From: Candidatus Subterrananammoxibius californiae
GTDB lineage: Bacteria; Planctomycetota; Brocadiia; Brocadiales; Subterrananammoxibiaceae
Length of the DNA: 64,000 nucleotides
Assembly: GCA_030586555.1 (NCBI GenBank)
Contig: JAURAC010000001.1
Coordinates: 96,001 to 160,000 of the forward strand
Reading direction: 5' to 3'
Made by a program: the position numbers and the translations under genes. This document shows, one piece after another, positions 18,409-28,768 of the stretch. The notes under the pieces are model-generated. The model saw only the letters and a program-made list of their open reading frames with translations, searched no databases and was not told where the DNA came from. Every line of letters starts with the position of its first letter. Positions within the stretch are counted from its first letter, which is position 1.

Positions 18409-19503
18409 ATGCCCATAAAAAGAGGAGCGATGTTTTGCGCTTTGTACGTTTTCATAATCGTTACGTTTTTAACACACTCAAGCTGTTCACAGTTCCGTTC
18501 GCACGATGTTCAACCCACCCCGGTAGCACAGCCACCTCAGGGTAAGGGCTTTCCCTTAGAAGACCATTTAGAAGCGGTGTTTAAGGGGCGAAAACCGGAA
18601 TATCAAAAGGAGGCGAAGCCATTTGAGAGAGATTACCTTCTGGGTCCAGAAGACGTCCTTGAGATAAAGGTTCTATTATCACCAGAACTTGATAGGAGTA
18701 TTCGAATTGGTCTTGATGGTTATATCAGCTATCCATTAATTGGGAAGGTACTTGTGGCAGGTTTAACCCCATACGAGTTGGAACAGAAGATTGCGGAATT
18801 GTTGGGCGAAAAGTACCTGAAGGAACCACAGGTAAGCATATTTGTTAAAGAATATAAGAGCAGGTGGACTGCGGTTATAGGCGGCGTGGAAGAGCCGGGG
18901 GTTTTTCCCCTTACAAAGCCTGTTAATACGCTTGTTGAACTGCTTAGCAGGGCTGGTGGACTATCGAAGGGTCAAGAGAGGCTTGCCGGACACAAGCTTT
19001 ACGTTATTCCTGCAAAGCAAAAAGAATCTGCCGATATGCCAACCATCTACACGATTAGCGTCCATGAGCTTCTGGAAACCGGGAGCCCAGAGCTTAATAT
19101 TGAGATTCTTCCGGGTGATATTATTTACGTGCCTACTACTGAATTCTATTTTGTAAGCGGGGAGGTAAAAAAGCCTGGCGCATATGCCTTAAAGAAGAAG
19201 ATGACCGTTATGCAGGCATTATCTGAGGCTGGCAGTTTTTCAGACATCGCATCCATGAAGGATGCAAAGGTAACAAAAAGGTTGCCGGATGGTAGAGAGG
19301 TAACTGTAAAGATAAATTTTAAGGACGTACTTGATGGCAAAGCTGAAAATATCCCTGTTGATGGTGGGGATGTTCTTTACGTGGGCAAGAGTACCTTAAA
19401 GGTCGTGGGGGCATACTCTCAGGAGTATGCAAAGGCACTTTCAACGGCTTTTACATCCGGGTTTGCCTCTGCCTTTGCCTTTGAGACTGTAAGAGGTAAT
19501 TAA
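18409..19503 (+). CDS. Polysaccharide export protein (Wza/OPX, SLBB domains)
   Basis: YLLGPEDVL, DGYISYPLIG, GEVKKPGAY. Confidence 0.88.
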   Translation: MPIKRGAMFCALYVFIIVTFLTHSSCSQFRSHDVQPTPVAQPPQGKGFPLEDHLEAVFKGRKPEYQKEAKPFERDYLLGPEDVLEIKVLLSPELDRSIRIGLDGYISYPLIGKVLVAGLTPYELEQKIAELLGEKYLKEPQVSIFVKEYKSRWTAVIGGVEEPGVFPLTKPVNTLVELLSRAGGLSKGQERLAGHKLYVIPAKQKESADMPTIYTISVHELLETGSPELNIEILPGDIIYVPTTEFYFVSGEVKKPGAYALKKKMTVMQALSEAGSFSDIASMKDAKVTKRLPDGREVTVKINFKDVLDGKAENIPVDGGDVLYVGKSTLKVVGAYSQEYAKALSTAFTSGFASAFAFETVRGN

Positions 19504-19598
19504 GGAAATCCGAAAGACTTATGAAATTGAGGACTTGCGAAGGCAGGAATAATTAAAAATTGCATATCCATTTGAATAATTATGTTTGAGGGCGGACA

Positions 19599-21893
19599 AT
19601 GTGGAAGGAAATAAGTAACTTAGAAAATTCTAACAAGAGTTTAGTTAATAATATCATAAGACCTCCATTCCATGATGAAAGGGAAAGTGAGGAAAATGTT
19701 AATCTTATGGATTATTGGCGGATAATCCTTCGCCAGCGGTGGACAATAATCAGCGTCCTTGTAGTGTTTACAGTAATAGTTACCATTGGAACATTCAAGA
19801 TGAAGCCTGTTTATCAGGCTACTACCACATTACGGATTTCCAGGGAGGCCCCAAAGGTGCTGTCGTTTGAGGATGTGGTTAAGACGAGCGGACTTAATTA
19901 CAGCGGAGACGACTTCTACAGAACACAATATGAAATAATTAAAAGCAGAACATTAGCAGACAAAGTTATAAAGAGGCTAAATCTTGACCAGCATCCCGAA
20001 TTTGCCCCTACTGATGAGGACTCACCTATTGATGGAATAAAGACTGCATTGGTTATGTGGCTTTCTAACGCCGTGGGTAGTGAAAAAACTTTGACGGGGG
20101 GGATATGGGATAAGGATTTTGAGAAGTCGGCATTGATAGATGCTTTTTTACGCCGAATCGAGATACAGCCGATAAGGAATAGCGAGCTGGTTAAGGTAAA
20201 TGCAAACACATATTATCCCGACCTTTCCGCATTAATCACAAACACCCTTGCCGAAGAATACATCCAGCAGAATTTGCAAAACAAAACTGTTACTACAATA
20301 GATGCAAGCGGGCAGCTATCAGAGCAATTGGTGGAATTAAAGGGAAGATTAGAAGAATCAGAGATGGCTTTGTATAGGTACTGTGAGGGAAATGATATTG
20401 TAGCCCTGGATGAGAAACAAAGTATTTTGCAGGAGAACCTGAAAAGGATTTCGACACTTTTGACCGAAGCGGAAGCTAAACACATAGATGTGGAAACCAT
20501 GTGCGCAGTGCTTAAGAATGCTGATGTCGAATCTATTCCGGCTGTAATAAAGAGTACGCTTATAGACGATTTAGAGATTGAATATGTCAAGGCTAATGCA
20601 GAATATCTCTTTGAACTCGGTCGTCTAAAACCAGACCATCCTGCTGCCCTTCGTATTAAAACCCAGATGGAAACAATTAAACAGATGATGGATGCCAGGG
20701 TTCAAAGGTTTAAGGATGGAATGGAACTTGAGTATAAGCAGGCATTGGCGAAGGAAGAAGAACTTCGTGGTAAGCTTGAAGATTTGAAAAAGGAAGTGCT
20801 TGTGATTGCTAAAAAGACGATTCCTTACAAAAGCCTGGAAAGAGAGGTTAAGGCAAATACAGAACTGTATAATGGGCTTCTTCAAAGGATGAAGGAGGCT
20901 GGGGTGTCCTCAGGGATCAAGACAACCAATGTGCAGGTGGTTGACGGGGCTGAGATACCAAAGGTTCCTTATAAACCCAAGAAGAAGCTCAATATTTTAT
21001 TGGCTATGCTTGTGGGATTAACCTTTGGTACAGGATTAGCATTCTTCCTCGATTACCTTGACAACACGGTTAAAGGTCCTGATGACGTGGAAAATCGCAT
21101 CAAATTGCCCCTATTAGGTTTTGTTCCGACAATTGAGGACCTGAAGAATAGCGAAGGCGAGAATGGCACGGATGACACATTCAGGAAGGATTTAATAGCA
21201 CATTACGAGTTGCGCTCAAGCGCTTCGGAGGCATACAGAACGATTCGTACTGGCGTACTGTTTTCCTCACCGGATAGAAAGGTTCATTCCATTCTTGTTA
21301 CAAGCGCATATCCTACCGAGGGTAAGACTGTCACGGCTGTAAATCTCGCCACAGTGCTTGCGCAGGGTAATGATTCGGTGCTACTTATTGATGCTGATTT
21401 GAGACGTCCAAGGATTCATAAGACCTTTAAGATTGATAACTCAAAGGGGCTTACAAACTTGCTCATTGGAGAAGCCTCAATGGATGAGGTAATCCAGGAA
21501 TCACCTGTAGAAAACCTCTATGTACTTCCCTCTGGACCTATTCCACCAAATCCTTCCGAGCTTCTCGGTTCGAAAAGTATGGATGAATTGATTGAAAAGC
21601 TAAAAGGAAAATATGCAAGGATTGTTATTGACTCTTCACCTATGGTTGCCGTTACGGATGCAAGGATAATTGCAACCAAGGTGGATGGCTGTATCTGTGT
21701 AATACGTGCTGCAAAGAGCGATATAAGGGGAACAAAGAGGGCTAAAGAACAATTGGAAGATATTGGCGGGCGGTTTATAGGCGCTATCTTAAATAATGTC
21801 TCAATGGATAGAAGGTCTTCTTACGGTTACTACTACTATCGTTACGGATATTATCACCATTATTATGGTGAAGACGAAAAAAAGGATACGTAG
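19599..21893 (+). CDS. wzc: Polysaccharide co-polymerase / tyrosine autokinase (Wzc/GumC)
   Basis: Two TMs with coiled coil, EAYRTIRT, TSAYPTEGKT, IDADLRRP, C-terminal Tyr cluster. Confidence 0.92.
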   Translation: MWKEISNLENSNKSLVNNIIRPPFHDERESEENVNLMDYWRIILRQRWTIISVLVVFTVIVTIGTFKMKPVYQATTTLRISREAPKVLSFEDVVKTSGLNYSGDDFYRTQYEIIKSRTLADKVIKRLNLDQHPEFAPTDEDSPIDGIKTALVMWLSNAVGSEKTLTGGIWDKDFEKSALIDAFLRRIEIQPIRNSELVKVNANTYYPDLSALITNTLAEEYIQQNLQNKTVTTIDASGQLSEQLVELKGRLEESEMALYRYCEGNDIVALDEKQSILQENLKRISTLLTEAEAKHIDVETMCAVLKNADVESIPAVIKSTLIDDLEIEYVKANAEYLFELGRLKPDHPAALRIKTQMETIKQMMDARVQRFKDGMELEYKQALAKEEELRGKLEDLKKEVLVIAKKTIPYKSLEREVKANTELYNGLLQRMKEAGVSSGIKTTNVQVVDGAEIPKVPYKPKKKLNILLAMLVGLTFGTGLAFFLDYLDNTVKGPDDVENRIKLPLLGFVPTIEDLKNSEGENGTDDTFRKDLIAHYELRSSASEAYRTIRTGVLFSSPDRKVHSILVTSAYPTEGKTVTAVNLATVLAQGNDSVLLIDADLRRPRIHKTFKIDNSKGLTNLLIGEASMDEVIQESPVENLYVLPSGPIPPNPSELLGSKSMDELIEKLKGKYARIVIDSSPMVAVTDARIIATKVDGCICVIRAAKSDIRGTKRAKEQLEDIGGRFIGAILNNVSMDRRSSYGYYYYRYGYYHHYYGEDEKKDT

Positions 21894-21896
21894 AAT

Positions 21897-21924
21897 GTAA
21901 GGGCGTATTGCAATACGCCCATAC
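21897..21924. repeat. REP-like hairpin
   Basis: gtaagggcgtattgcaatacgcccatac, 20-bp perfect core. Confidence 0.8.
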
Positions 21925-21929
21925 CAAAT

Positions 21930-24782
21930 GTGATGAAAAAAAGAATTGCACAAATTTGTGACAAGATAATTATTTCGGGTGTGATTGGATTGGTGGTATT
22001 CACACCTATTGCCATTGGTTCAGTTCATGTACGGGCATTCAGCATGATGGAATTGATTGTTATTGGCTTGGTTCTGACGTGGATGATTAAATTGCTATGC
22101 TTGAGGGACGAATCTGTGGAGGAATCTCTAAGCGATAGGCAGGATTTGGTATGCAAAATGCCAAAAAGCCGATTCGGGTTCGTTAAGACGCCTTTAAACG
22201 TGCCTTTCTTGATATTCGTAGGCATCCTGCTTTTTCAGACCGTTCCATTACCCATGTCGGCAATAAGATTCTTGTCCCCTGAAACATACGAAATATATTC
22301 CAATTACTTACCAGACAAAGAAGACCACAATCTAAAATCCGAAATCCGAAATCCGAAATCCGAAACCGCACCCTTAACCCTGGGGGGAGAAGACAGGGTA
22401 GAGAAACGGATGACAATAAGCATAAACCCTCACTCCACTCGTATAGAACTATTCAAGATACTTTCGTATGTGGCGGTCTTTTTTTTAATCGTGAATAATT
22501 TTAAGACCCACAGGGAGATAAATTACCTACTTTTTTCAATAATCCTTGTCGGATGCTTTGAAGCTGTTTATGGTTTCTGCGAATATTCAAATGGTAACAG
22601 GAATATATTATTTGCACCCCGGAAGTACAATATAGACCGTCTGGCAGGCACATACGTGAATCCAAACCATCTTGCGGGCCTTCTTGAGATGATAATTCCC
22701 ATAGCAGTCTCGTTTAGCATTTGCAGTTTAACCATTAAGGACCACCCTGAAGAGTCCTCGTTCAGGGCTAAATTATCCCTGCTTTCCAGCAGAAAGAATT
22801 TTACAAACATCTTATTACTGATTTCTATTGCGCTCTTAGTAGGTGCGCTCTTTCTATCACAGTCTCGGATGGGAGTTATGGGTTTCCTTATCTCAATCTG
22901 GATATTTGGCATATATATCTTAAAAAAGTTTTATAAAAGAAATGAACTTGTTTTTGTGGTTGGGGGATTATCAGGGGTCTTATTCTTTGCCTCCTGGGTG
23001 GGGCTAAATTCGCTGTACGAAAGATTCTCAACGATGAATGAGTTGACTATAGAGGGAAGGACGGACATCTGGAAAGATACAGGTGGAATATTAAGAGACT
23101 TTCTAATCCTTGGAACCGGCAAAGGCACATTTATTGATATATACAAGAAATACAAAACAATCCCTGATGAGTTAACGTACGACCATGCCCATAATGACTA
23201 CCTCGAACTCCTTTCTGAAATGGGTTTGTCTGGATTGGCAGTTACAGTTATAGGCGGAGGATTCTTCACCTACAAGATTATCAGTCAACTAACAAAGAGG
23301 CGAGACGCCTATGTAAGAAATATCTCGGTTGGGTTGTTGTGCAGTCTAACGGCAATAATAGTTCACAGCACAACGGATTTCAACATGTTCATTACAGCTA
23401 ACGCATTACTATTCTCAATAATCCTGGCTTTGTTAACGCTAACGGCTCATTTAAAAAATACGGAAAAAGGGCGCAATGTCTTGCAGCCTTCGGCCTTCAG
23501 CCTTCAGCCTTCAGCCCATGCTTTAAGAAAACCTTTATATGCCTTTATTATTATTCTTACAATCTTCTTTTCCATTCCTGTGTTAAGGACGTGTATGGCT
23601 GATGTGTACTATAGGAAGGCTAAGATGCTGGCAGAATCTTCTCAAGAAAATATTCCATTGTCAATCCCATACATGCAAAAATGTATCACCCTCGATAAGT
23701 CAAATAGTGTCTATCATTTTGAACTCGGAAGAATGTTTTTACAATTAACAAAGACGCAGAGTAATCCTGATGAGTTTAAACGAAATGCCATACTCGCTGA
23801 GGAGCAATTCGAGAATGCTATAACTTCTAACCCTTGCTATTCTCTGGCGCACTCAGGACTTGGGGTTGTATATAACTTATACAGAACAATGAACAAGCAG
23901 GCAAGCTGGCAAGTCTGCAAGCTGGCAAGCATTGAAACTGAACGAAGCCATCTAAATAAAGCCGTAGCCCTTAATCCGTCGAGTTATTCCCACAATTATT
24001 TGGCTGGATGTGTATATGTAAAGGATTGGAACACATTGCTACAAGAAGATAGAGAAATGGCTTTAAAATACCTCAGGACTACGATTGAGCTTAATCCGGA
24101 ATATTTTAATAAAGTCCTCCAGGCGTCCTGGCAATATATTCAGGATTATAATTGGGTTAAAAGGATAATCCCCCGTACCTCTGATAGCTATATGAAACTG
24201 GCTATGTTCCTCGATGAAAAAAGGATATTCAGGGAGAGAAACATTGCCTGGGAAGCGGCACGGGAAATAAACGGCAAGCCAGTCCTTCCATCTATATTTG
24301 AAGACAATAATTTTATAGTTAATGGCGGGTTTGAATATGAACCGGGCTCTGCATGGGATGATTGGGAAGTAGGAAAGGTTGATGGGGCAGTTGTTAGCAC
24401 TGGAAATTCCGAATCGGTTGAGGGTAATAATTCGCTCAAAGTCCTTTTTGATGGGACAAAGGATGTGGATTTTCATCATGTAACTCAAACAATAAGGGTT
24501 AAGGGTGGCGCTAAATATATTCTTACTGGTTATATAAAGACCCGGGACCTTACTTCAAAAAGTGGGATAAGGATATGTTTATACGGTAGAAACGAGCGGA
24601 AAGATACGGAGCCTTTTTTGGGGACACGTGATTGGGAGAGATTTACCCTCGAATTTGATACGCCAGAAGATTGTAACGTTGTAAACGTGATGGTTTATAG
24701 AACGGGTCTCGGCACCGTTAAGAAAGAACTTATTTCCGGAACTGTCTGGATAGACAGGTTACAGCTTTCTACGACGATATGA
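21930..24782 (+). CDS. O-antigen-ligase-family protein with TPR repeats and C-terminal carbohydrate-binding-like domain
   Basis: GTYVNPNH, SQSRMG, GTGKGTF, HAHNDYLE; TPR-like helices; IVNGGFE CBM4/9-like start. Confidence 0.85.
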   Translation: MMKKRIAQICDKIIISGVIGLVVFTPIAIGSVHVRAFSMMELIVIGLVLTWMIKLLCLRDESVEESLSDRQDLVCKMPKSRFGFVKTPLNVPFLIFVGILLFQTVPLPMSAIRFLSPETYEIYSNYLPDKEDHNLKSEIRNPKSETAPLTLGGEDRVEKRMTISINPHSTRIELFKILSYVAVFFLIVNNFKTHREINYLLFSIILVGCFEAVYGFCEYSNGNRNILFAPRKYNIDRLAGTYVNPNHLAGLLEMIIPIAVSFSICSLTIKDHPEESSFRAKLSLLSSRKNFTNILLLISIALLVGALFLSQSRMGVMGFLISIWIFGIYILKKFYKRNELVFVVGGLSGVLFFASWVGLNSLYERFSTMNELTIEGRTDIWKDTGGILRDFLILGTGKGTFIDIYKKYKTIPDELTYDHAHNDYLELLSEMGLSGLAVTVIGGGFFTYKIISQLTKRRDAYVRNISVGLLCSLTAIIVHSTTDFNMFITANALLFSIILALLTLTAHLKNTEKGRNVLQPSAFSLQPSAHALRKPLYAFIIILTIFFSIPVLRTCMADVYYRKAKMLAESSQENIPLSIPYMQKCITLDKSNSVYHFELGRMFLQLTKTQSNPDEFKRNAILAEEQFENAITSNPCYSLAHSGLGVVYNLYRTMNKQASWQVCKLASIETERSHLNKAVALNPSSYSHNYLAGCVYVKDWNTLLQEDREMALKYLRTTIELNPEYFNKVLQASWQYIQDYNWVKRIIPRTSDSYMKLAMFLDEKRIFRERNIAWEAAREINGKPVLPSIFEDNNFIVNGGFEYEPGSAWDDWEVGKVDGAVVSTGNSESVEGNNSLKVLFDGTKDVDFHHVTQTIRVKGGAKYILTGYIKTRDLTSKSGIRICLYGRNERKDTEPFLGTRDWERFTLEFDTPEDCNVVNVMVYRTGLGTVKKELISGTVWIDRLQLSTTI
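22328..22365 (+). repeat. AAATCCG x4 heptamer array, in frame
   Basis: Encodes NLKSEIRNPKSE. Confidence 0.85.
23484..23517 (+). repeat. CAGCCTT x~5 heptamer array, in frame
   Basis: Encodes QPSAFSLQPSA. Confidence 0.85.
23894..23930 (+). repeat. CAAGCTGG-type octamer array, in frame
   Basis: caagcagg caagctgg caagtctg caagctgg caagc; encodes KQASWQVCKLAS. Confidence 0.7.
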
Positions 24783-25594
24783 ACTATAAAATGAAAGCCG
24801 CCATTTTAGGCGCTGAAGGATTCTTAGGTTCAGAACTATATAATTGTTTTAATGGTCACTATGATGTTTATGGAATAACCAGAACAAATTACAATGCTAA
24901 ACGTGGGGAGGAATTTGACATTTTCATCAATGCAAACGGTAATAGCAAACGATACTGGGCTAATAACAATATCTTAAAGGATTTTGAAGCTTCTACGCTT
25001 TCTGTTTATAAAACTTTCTCTGATTTTAAGATTAAATTTTATATCTACATTTCTTCCGCTGACGTTTATGCAAAACATGGAGATTTATCGAAAACGAAAG
25101 AAGAAACAATTATTAATTCTATGAACTTATGCCCGTATGGTTTTCATAAATACCTTTCTGAGTTAATAGTAAAAAAATATGCCAATAAATATCTTATCCT
25201 GCGCAGTTCTGCTATGGTAGGGGAAAGCATGAAAAAAGGACCGATTAAAGACGTATTGGATGGCAAGCCACTGTTTATTACTTTAGATTCAAAGCTGCAA
25301 TTTATAAGTACTTCTGAGATTGCCATGATAATCACGAAACTTGTAAGCGATAATATTCATAATGAAATATTTAACGTGGGTGGCGTTGGTACGGTCTCAT
25401 TTAATTATTTAGAAAGGATACTTCGTAAGAAACTGATAGTTCAGCAGGAAGCCGAAAAACAGATTTACGAAATGGATGTAGCAAAGCTGAGGATGATTTT
25501 TCCATTAAGAAAATCAGAAGAATATGTTCAAGACTGCCTTAACAAACTAAATTCAGAGGATATAAGAAGTGAAAGAATGGACAAATCAATATAA
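24779..25594 (+). CDS. NAD-dependent epimerase/reductase (extended SDR)
   Basis: GAEGFLG, YISS, YGFHK. Confidence 0.8.
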   Translation: MNYKMKAAILGAEGFLGSELYNCFNGHYDVYGITRTNYNAKRGEEFDIFINANGNSKRYWANNNILKDFEASTLSVYKTFSDFKIKFYIYISSADVYAKHGDLSKTKEETIINSMNLCPYGFHKYLSELIVKKYANKYLILRSSAMVGESMKKGPIKDVLDGKPLFITLDSKLQFISTSEIAMIITKLVSDNIHNEIFNVGGVGTVSFNYLERILRKKLIVQQEAEKQIYEMDVAKLRMIFPLRKSEEYVQDCLNKLNSEDIRSERMDKSI

Positions 25595-26663
25595 TCCGTT
25601 TAACTCTATGAAGGCTCTTATGTGGAGGGAGCAGCTGGAAGGCATTGCCAGGCAAAAATTCCTGCCCCCGGTAACTGTAGATACCGACCCCACCAATCGG
25701 TGCAATTATGAATGTATTTGGTGCAATGCATTTGACTACATGGCTGGAAGTAAACACACACTATCAGAGTCACATTTGCTTAAACTGGCTGATTTTTATA
25801 AGGAATGGGGTGTACATTCTACCTGTATTGCAGGTGGTGGCGAGCCGCTTCTGAACCCTGGCTTGAATGCTTTTTTAGAGCGACTTCATCATAATGGCAT
25901 AGAAGCTGGCGTAATTACAAATGGGTCAATGATGACGGATGATAACATTGATGTCATAGCACGGACTTGCCGCTGGTGCGGTTTTTCAGTTGATGCCGGC
26001 ACGCCAGAAACCTATACAAAAGTAAAGGGGTTCAAGGAAAAGAAATTCTTCAACAAGGTTATTGAGAATATTAGAAAGCTAACTAAAAAAGTTAGTGATT
26101 TGGAAACACATTGCGATGTTGCATTTAAATTTTTATTACATACCTTGAATGCAGAAGAGATTTTTGAGGCAGCAAAAATTGCAAAATCAATTAAAGTAAG
26201 AGATTTCCATCTGCGCCCCGTAGGTTGGGACAACCTCACGGTTACAAGGGACAAGGGCACGATTTCATTTGATAACCTCATGGAAAATATCAATAAACAA
26301 ATTGGTGCCGCTATGGGTCTGGAAGACGAGAATTTCCATTTTTACGGTATTCGACACAAATTTAATCCTAACCTTAAGAGGAAAATCAATTTTTCTCGTT
26401 GTTGGGCTCCACCGCTTCTTGCCACCTTCGGGGCGGATGGGAAATGTCACCTTTGTTTTGATATGCGCGGAAGAAAGGACCTCATTCTTTGCAGTCATGA
26501 CCCGGACCCACGGGAGATATTAAAGGTCTGGGGGTCTCAATTTCACAAAGATATGATTGCTAAGATAGACCCAAAAACATGCCCCAGATGCACATTCGGT
26601 CCTTACAATGAGATAGTGGAACAGGTGTTCATCAAAGATGGCATGTGCCGTTATTTCCCTTAA
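25569..26663 (+). CDS. Radical SAM enzyme with Twitch/SPASM-like C-terminus
   Basis: CNYECIWC, GGGEP, CWAP..ADGKCHLC..CPRC. Confidence 0.88.
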   Translation: MKEWTNQYNPFNSMKALMWREQLEGIARQKFLPPVTVDTDPTNRCNYECIWCNAFDYMAGSKHTLSESHLLKLADFYKEWGVHSTCIAGGGEPLLNPGLNAFLERLHHNGIEAGVITNGSMMTDDNIDVIARTCRWCGFSVDAGTPETYTKVKGFKEKKFFNKVIENIRKLTKKVSDLETHCDVAFKFLLHTLNAEEIFEAAKIAKSIKVRDFHLRPVGWDNLTVTRDKGTISFDNLMENINKQIGAAMGLEDENFHFYGIRHKFNPNLKRKINFSRCWAPPLLATFGADGKCHLCFDMRGRKDLILCSHDPDPREILKVWGSQFHKDMIAKIDPKTCPRCTFGPYNEIVEQVFIKDGMCRYFP

Positions 26664-26681
26664 TCTGAACAATAGGGTGCT

Positions 26682-27503
26682 ATGAATATAGCAGTTAAAC
26701 TTGGCAGTATTAAAGAACTTGAACTTCTTTTACATTACCATGGGCATATTAAAATCTTTGAGTTACCAGCAAAGCTCATAAAAGAGAAATCATTAATTGG
26801 CAAGCTTATGAGTTATGGCTATATTTTCAATGTGCATGGCATTACGATGTATTCAGCTGACATGGCAAATCTCCTAATTGACAAAACTCAACATTACCTT
26901 CAATTATGTAATGAACTCGGCTGTTATAATTTCATACTTCACGGCTTAGTTATAAAAGATTCGATATACTCCTCTAATAACAGTGCATTAATTGATATGA
27001 CATTGAGGACGCTTGATACAATTAAAGATTATGCAGTGAAATTTGGCATCAGCTGTTTTTTAGAAAACGGATGTTATTCAAAATCTCTTTCTGCTCAGGT
27101 TTACGAAATTCCTTCGGACCCTTATTGCCATCTTAAACTTGCGCAAACCCTTCAAATGGGTATAGTACTTGACCTTGGGCACGCTGCTCTTTCGGCTCGG
27201 TGGTATGGACAAAAATTGGATGATTTTCTTTTGCCATATATACAAGCTTCCCATTTACCTGATATTATCCATTTATCGGACAATTTTCTTGAAAATGATG
27301 AGCACCTTGCAATTGGCGAAGGTAGGGCTGACCTCGAAAGCTTCCGCCAAGCTATTGCACTTTGGCCTGAATCCTTGTTGACTGTTGAAAATTTTCCGGA
27401 TGAGATTCATAAAAGTCTGAGCTGGTTGGTAGAATGTTTAAACAATGGATATACAAAATCAGATATTGATGAGCTTTGCAGATGTACGGGATGGAAGTTC
27501 TGA
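26682..27503 (+). CDS. Xylose-isomerase/AP-endonuclease-2 TIM-barrel protein
   Basis: LEN, LDLGHA, IHLSDN, EHLAIGEG, VE. Confidence 0.7.
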   Translation: MNIAVKLGSIKELELLLHYHGHIKIFELPAKLIKEKSLIGKLMSYGYIFNVHGITMYSADMANLLIDKTQHYLQLCNELGCYNFILHGLVIKDSIYSSNNSALIDMTLRTLDTIKDYAVKFGISCFLENGCYSKSLSAQVYEIPSDPYCHLKLAQTLQMGIVLDLGHAALSARWYGQKLDDFLLPYIQASHLPDIIHLSDNFLENDEHLAIGEGRADLESFRQAIALWPESLLTVENFPDEIHKSLSWLVECLNNGYTKSDIDELCRCTGWKF

Positions 27504-27514
27504 AAGAAGCCAAA

Positions 27515-28720
27515 ATGGACGTTAAAGATAACATTAAAGGCGTATTGAGGAAAGCGCCTCGAATATACCGGTTATGTGCCTGCTGGGCACAAACCAGGCT
27601 TATAGAAAAAGAGCAGTTGTATTACGAACAAAAAGCTGTTGAGCTTGGTCTCTCAAGGGATTTCTCAATTAAAGAAATCAAGCAGCAGCTTAAGGAAAAG
27701 CTGTCTAAAAGGAACATTTTCATTAAACCAAAACTAAAAGAAGACTTGCATATTGTTTACGCATTGCCTGACGAGTCTTACTGGAACACCTTACACATTG
27801 TGCCAGCCCTTAAGGAGTTTGCTACAGTAACAACTTATTGTTATTCAGAATACGGATTTAATGACAATATGCATGGATGGTTACCTGTTCGCGATAAAAT
27901 GAATTCGCATTTTATGGATTTCATTAAGCAATTGCACAAGAAAAAACACATAGACCTTATCCTTACCTACTTTGCTGGTAAGCATGTGTACTGCAGTACC
28001 GTAGAATCTCTTAATAACATGGGGATAGTAACAGCTGCATCTCATTACGATGATCGCTTATACTTTAGAGGCAGGCTTGAGGGAGGGTGTTGGTCTGGAC
28101 CAGTAGATGTGTGCAAGTTCTATGATTTAAACCTTACGCAGGCGCCTGAATCTTTAATCAAATATCGAGTTGAAGGAGGTATTGCCATGTTATGGCCGCT
28201 GGCTGCAAATCAGGGTTTCTTTTACCCAAGGGGCACCCCTTTCCACTACGATGTGTCTTTTGTTGGTACTGCAAAAGCAAGCCGCAGGCATTTCATTGAG
28301 TACCTTTTTAAAAAAGGTATTAAAGTTGAAACATTTGGCGCTGGTTGGCACAATGGCACTATTTCAAACGAAAAGGTACCAGAGATTTTTTCTTCCTCAA
28401 AGATTAACTTAAACTTCGGAAACATCGGTCATACCCCCCATCAATGCGGTAAATGCAGGGATTTTGAAATCCCCATGTCAGGTGGACTTATGTTGACTAC
28501 TCACAACGAACACTTGGCAGATTGTTTTGAGCTTAATAAAGACATATTCACCTTCAGAAACAAGGAAGAATGTTTGGAACAGATTCATCGCCTCCTTGCT
28601 GACGAAGCCCTGTGCGAGAGGGCAAGAAAAAACGCCAGAGAGAGAGCCCTTAAAGAACATACATGGGAGCAAAGGATTAAGTCTTTGTTACAGGTGATGG
28701 GGTACATACAGCAGGAGTAA
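27515..28720 (+). CDS. CgeB-like glycosyltransferase
   Basis: YDVSFVG, SKINLN, RDFEIPMSGG, EHTWEQR. Confidence 0.8.
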   Translation: MDVKDNIKGVLRKAPRIYRLCACWAQTRLIEKEQLYYEQKAVELGLSRDFSIKEIKQQLKEKLSKRNIFIKPKLKEDLHIVYALPDESYWNTLHIVPALKEFATVTTYCYSEYGFNDNMHGWLPVRDKMNSHFMDFIKQLHKKKHIDLILTYFAGKHVYCSTVESLNNMGIVTAASHYDDRLYFRGRLEGGCWSGPVDVCKFYDLNLTQAPESLIKYRVEGGIAMLWPLAANQGFFYPRGTPFHYDVSFVGTAKASRRHFIEYLFKKGIKVETFGAGWHNGTISNEKVPEIFSSSKINLNFGNIGHTPHQCGKCRDFEIPMSGGLMLTTHNEHLADCFELNKDIFTFRNKEECLEQIHRLLADEALCERARKNARERALKEHTWEQRIKSLLQVMGYIQQE

Positions 28721-28768
28721 TTCTGTTTAATACCTTAGCCTTATAATAAATTTGTTTATTTTAGCAAA

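Noticed and set aside
22328..23930. CRISPR array
   Set aside because: Units are 7-8 nt with no spacers; no cas genes in the window
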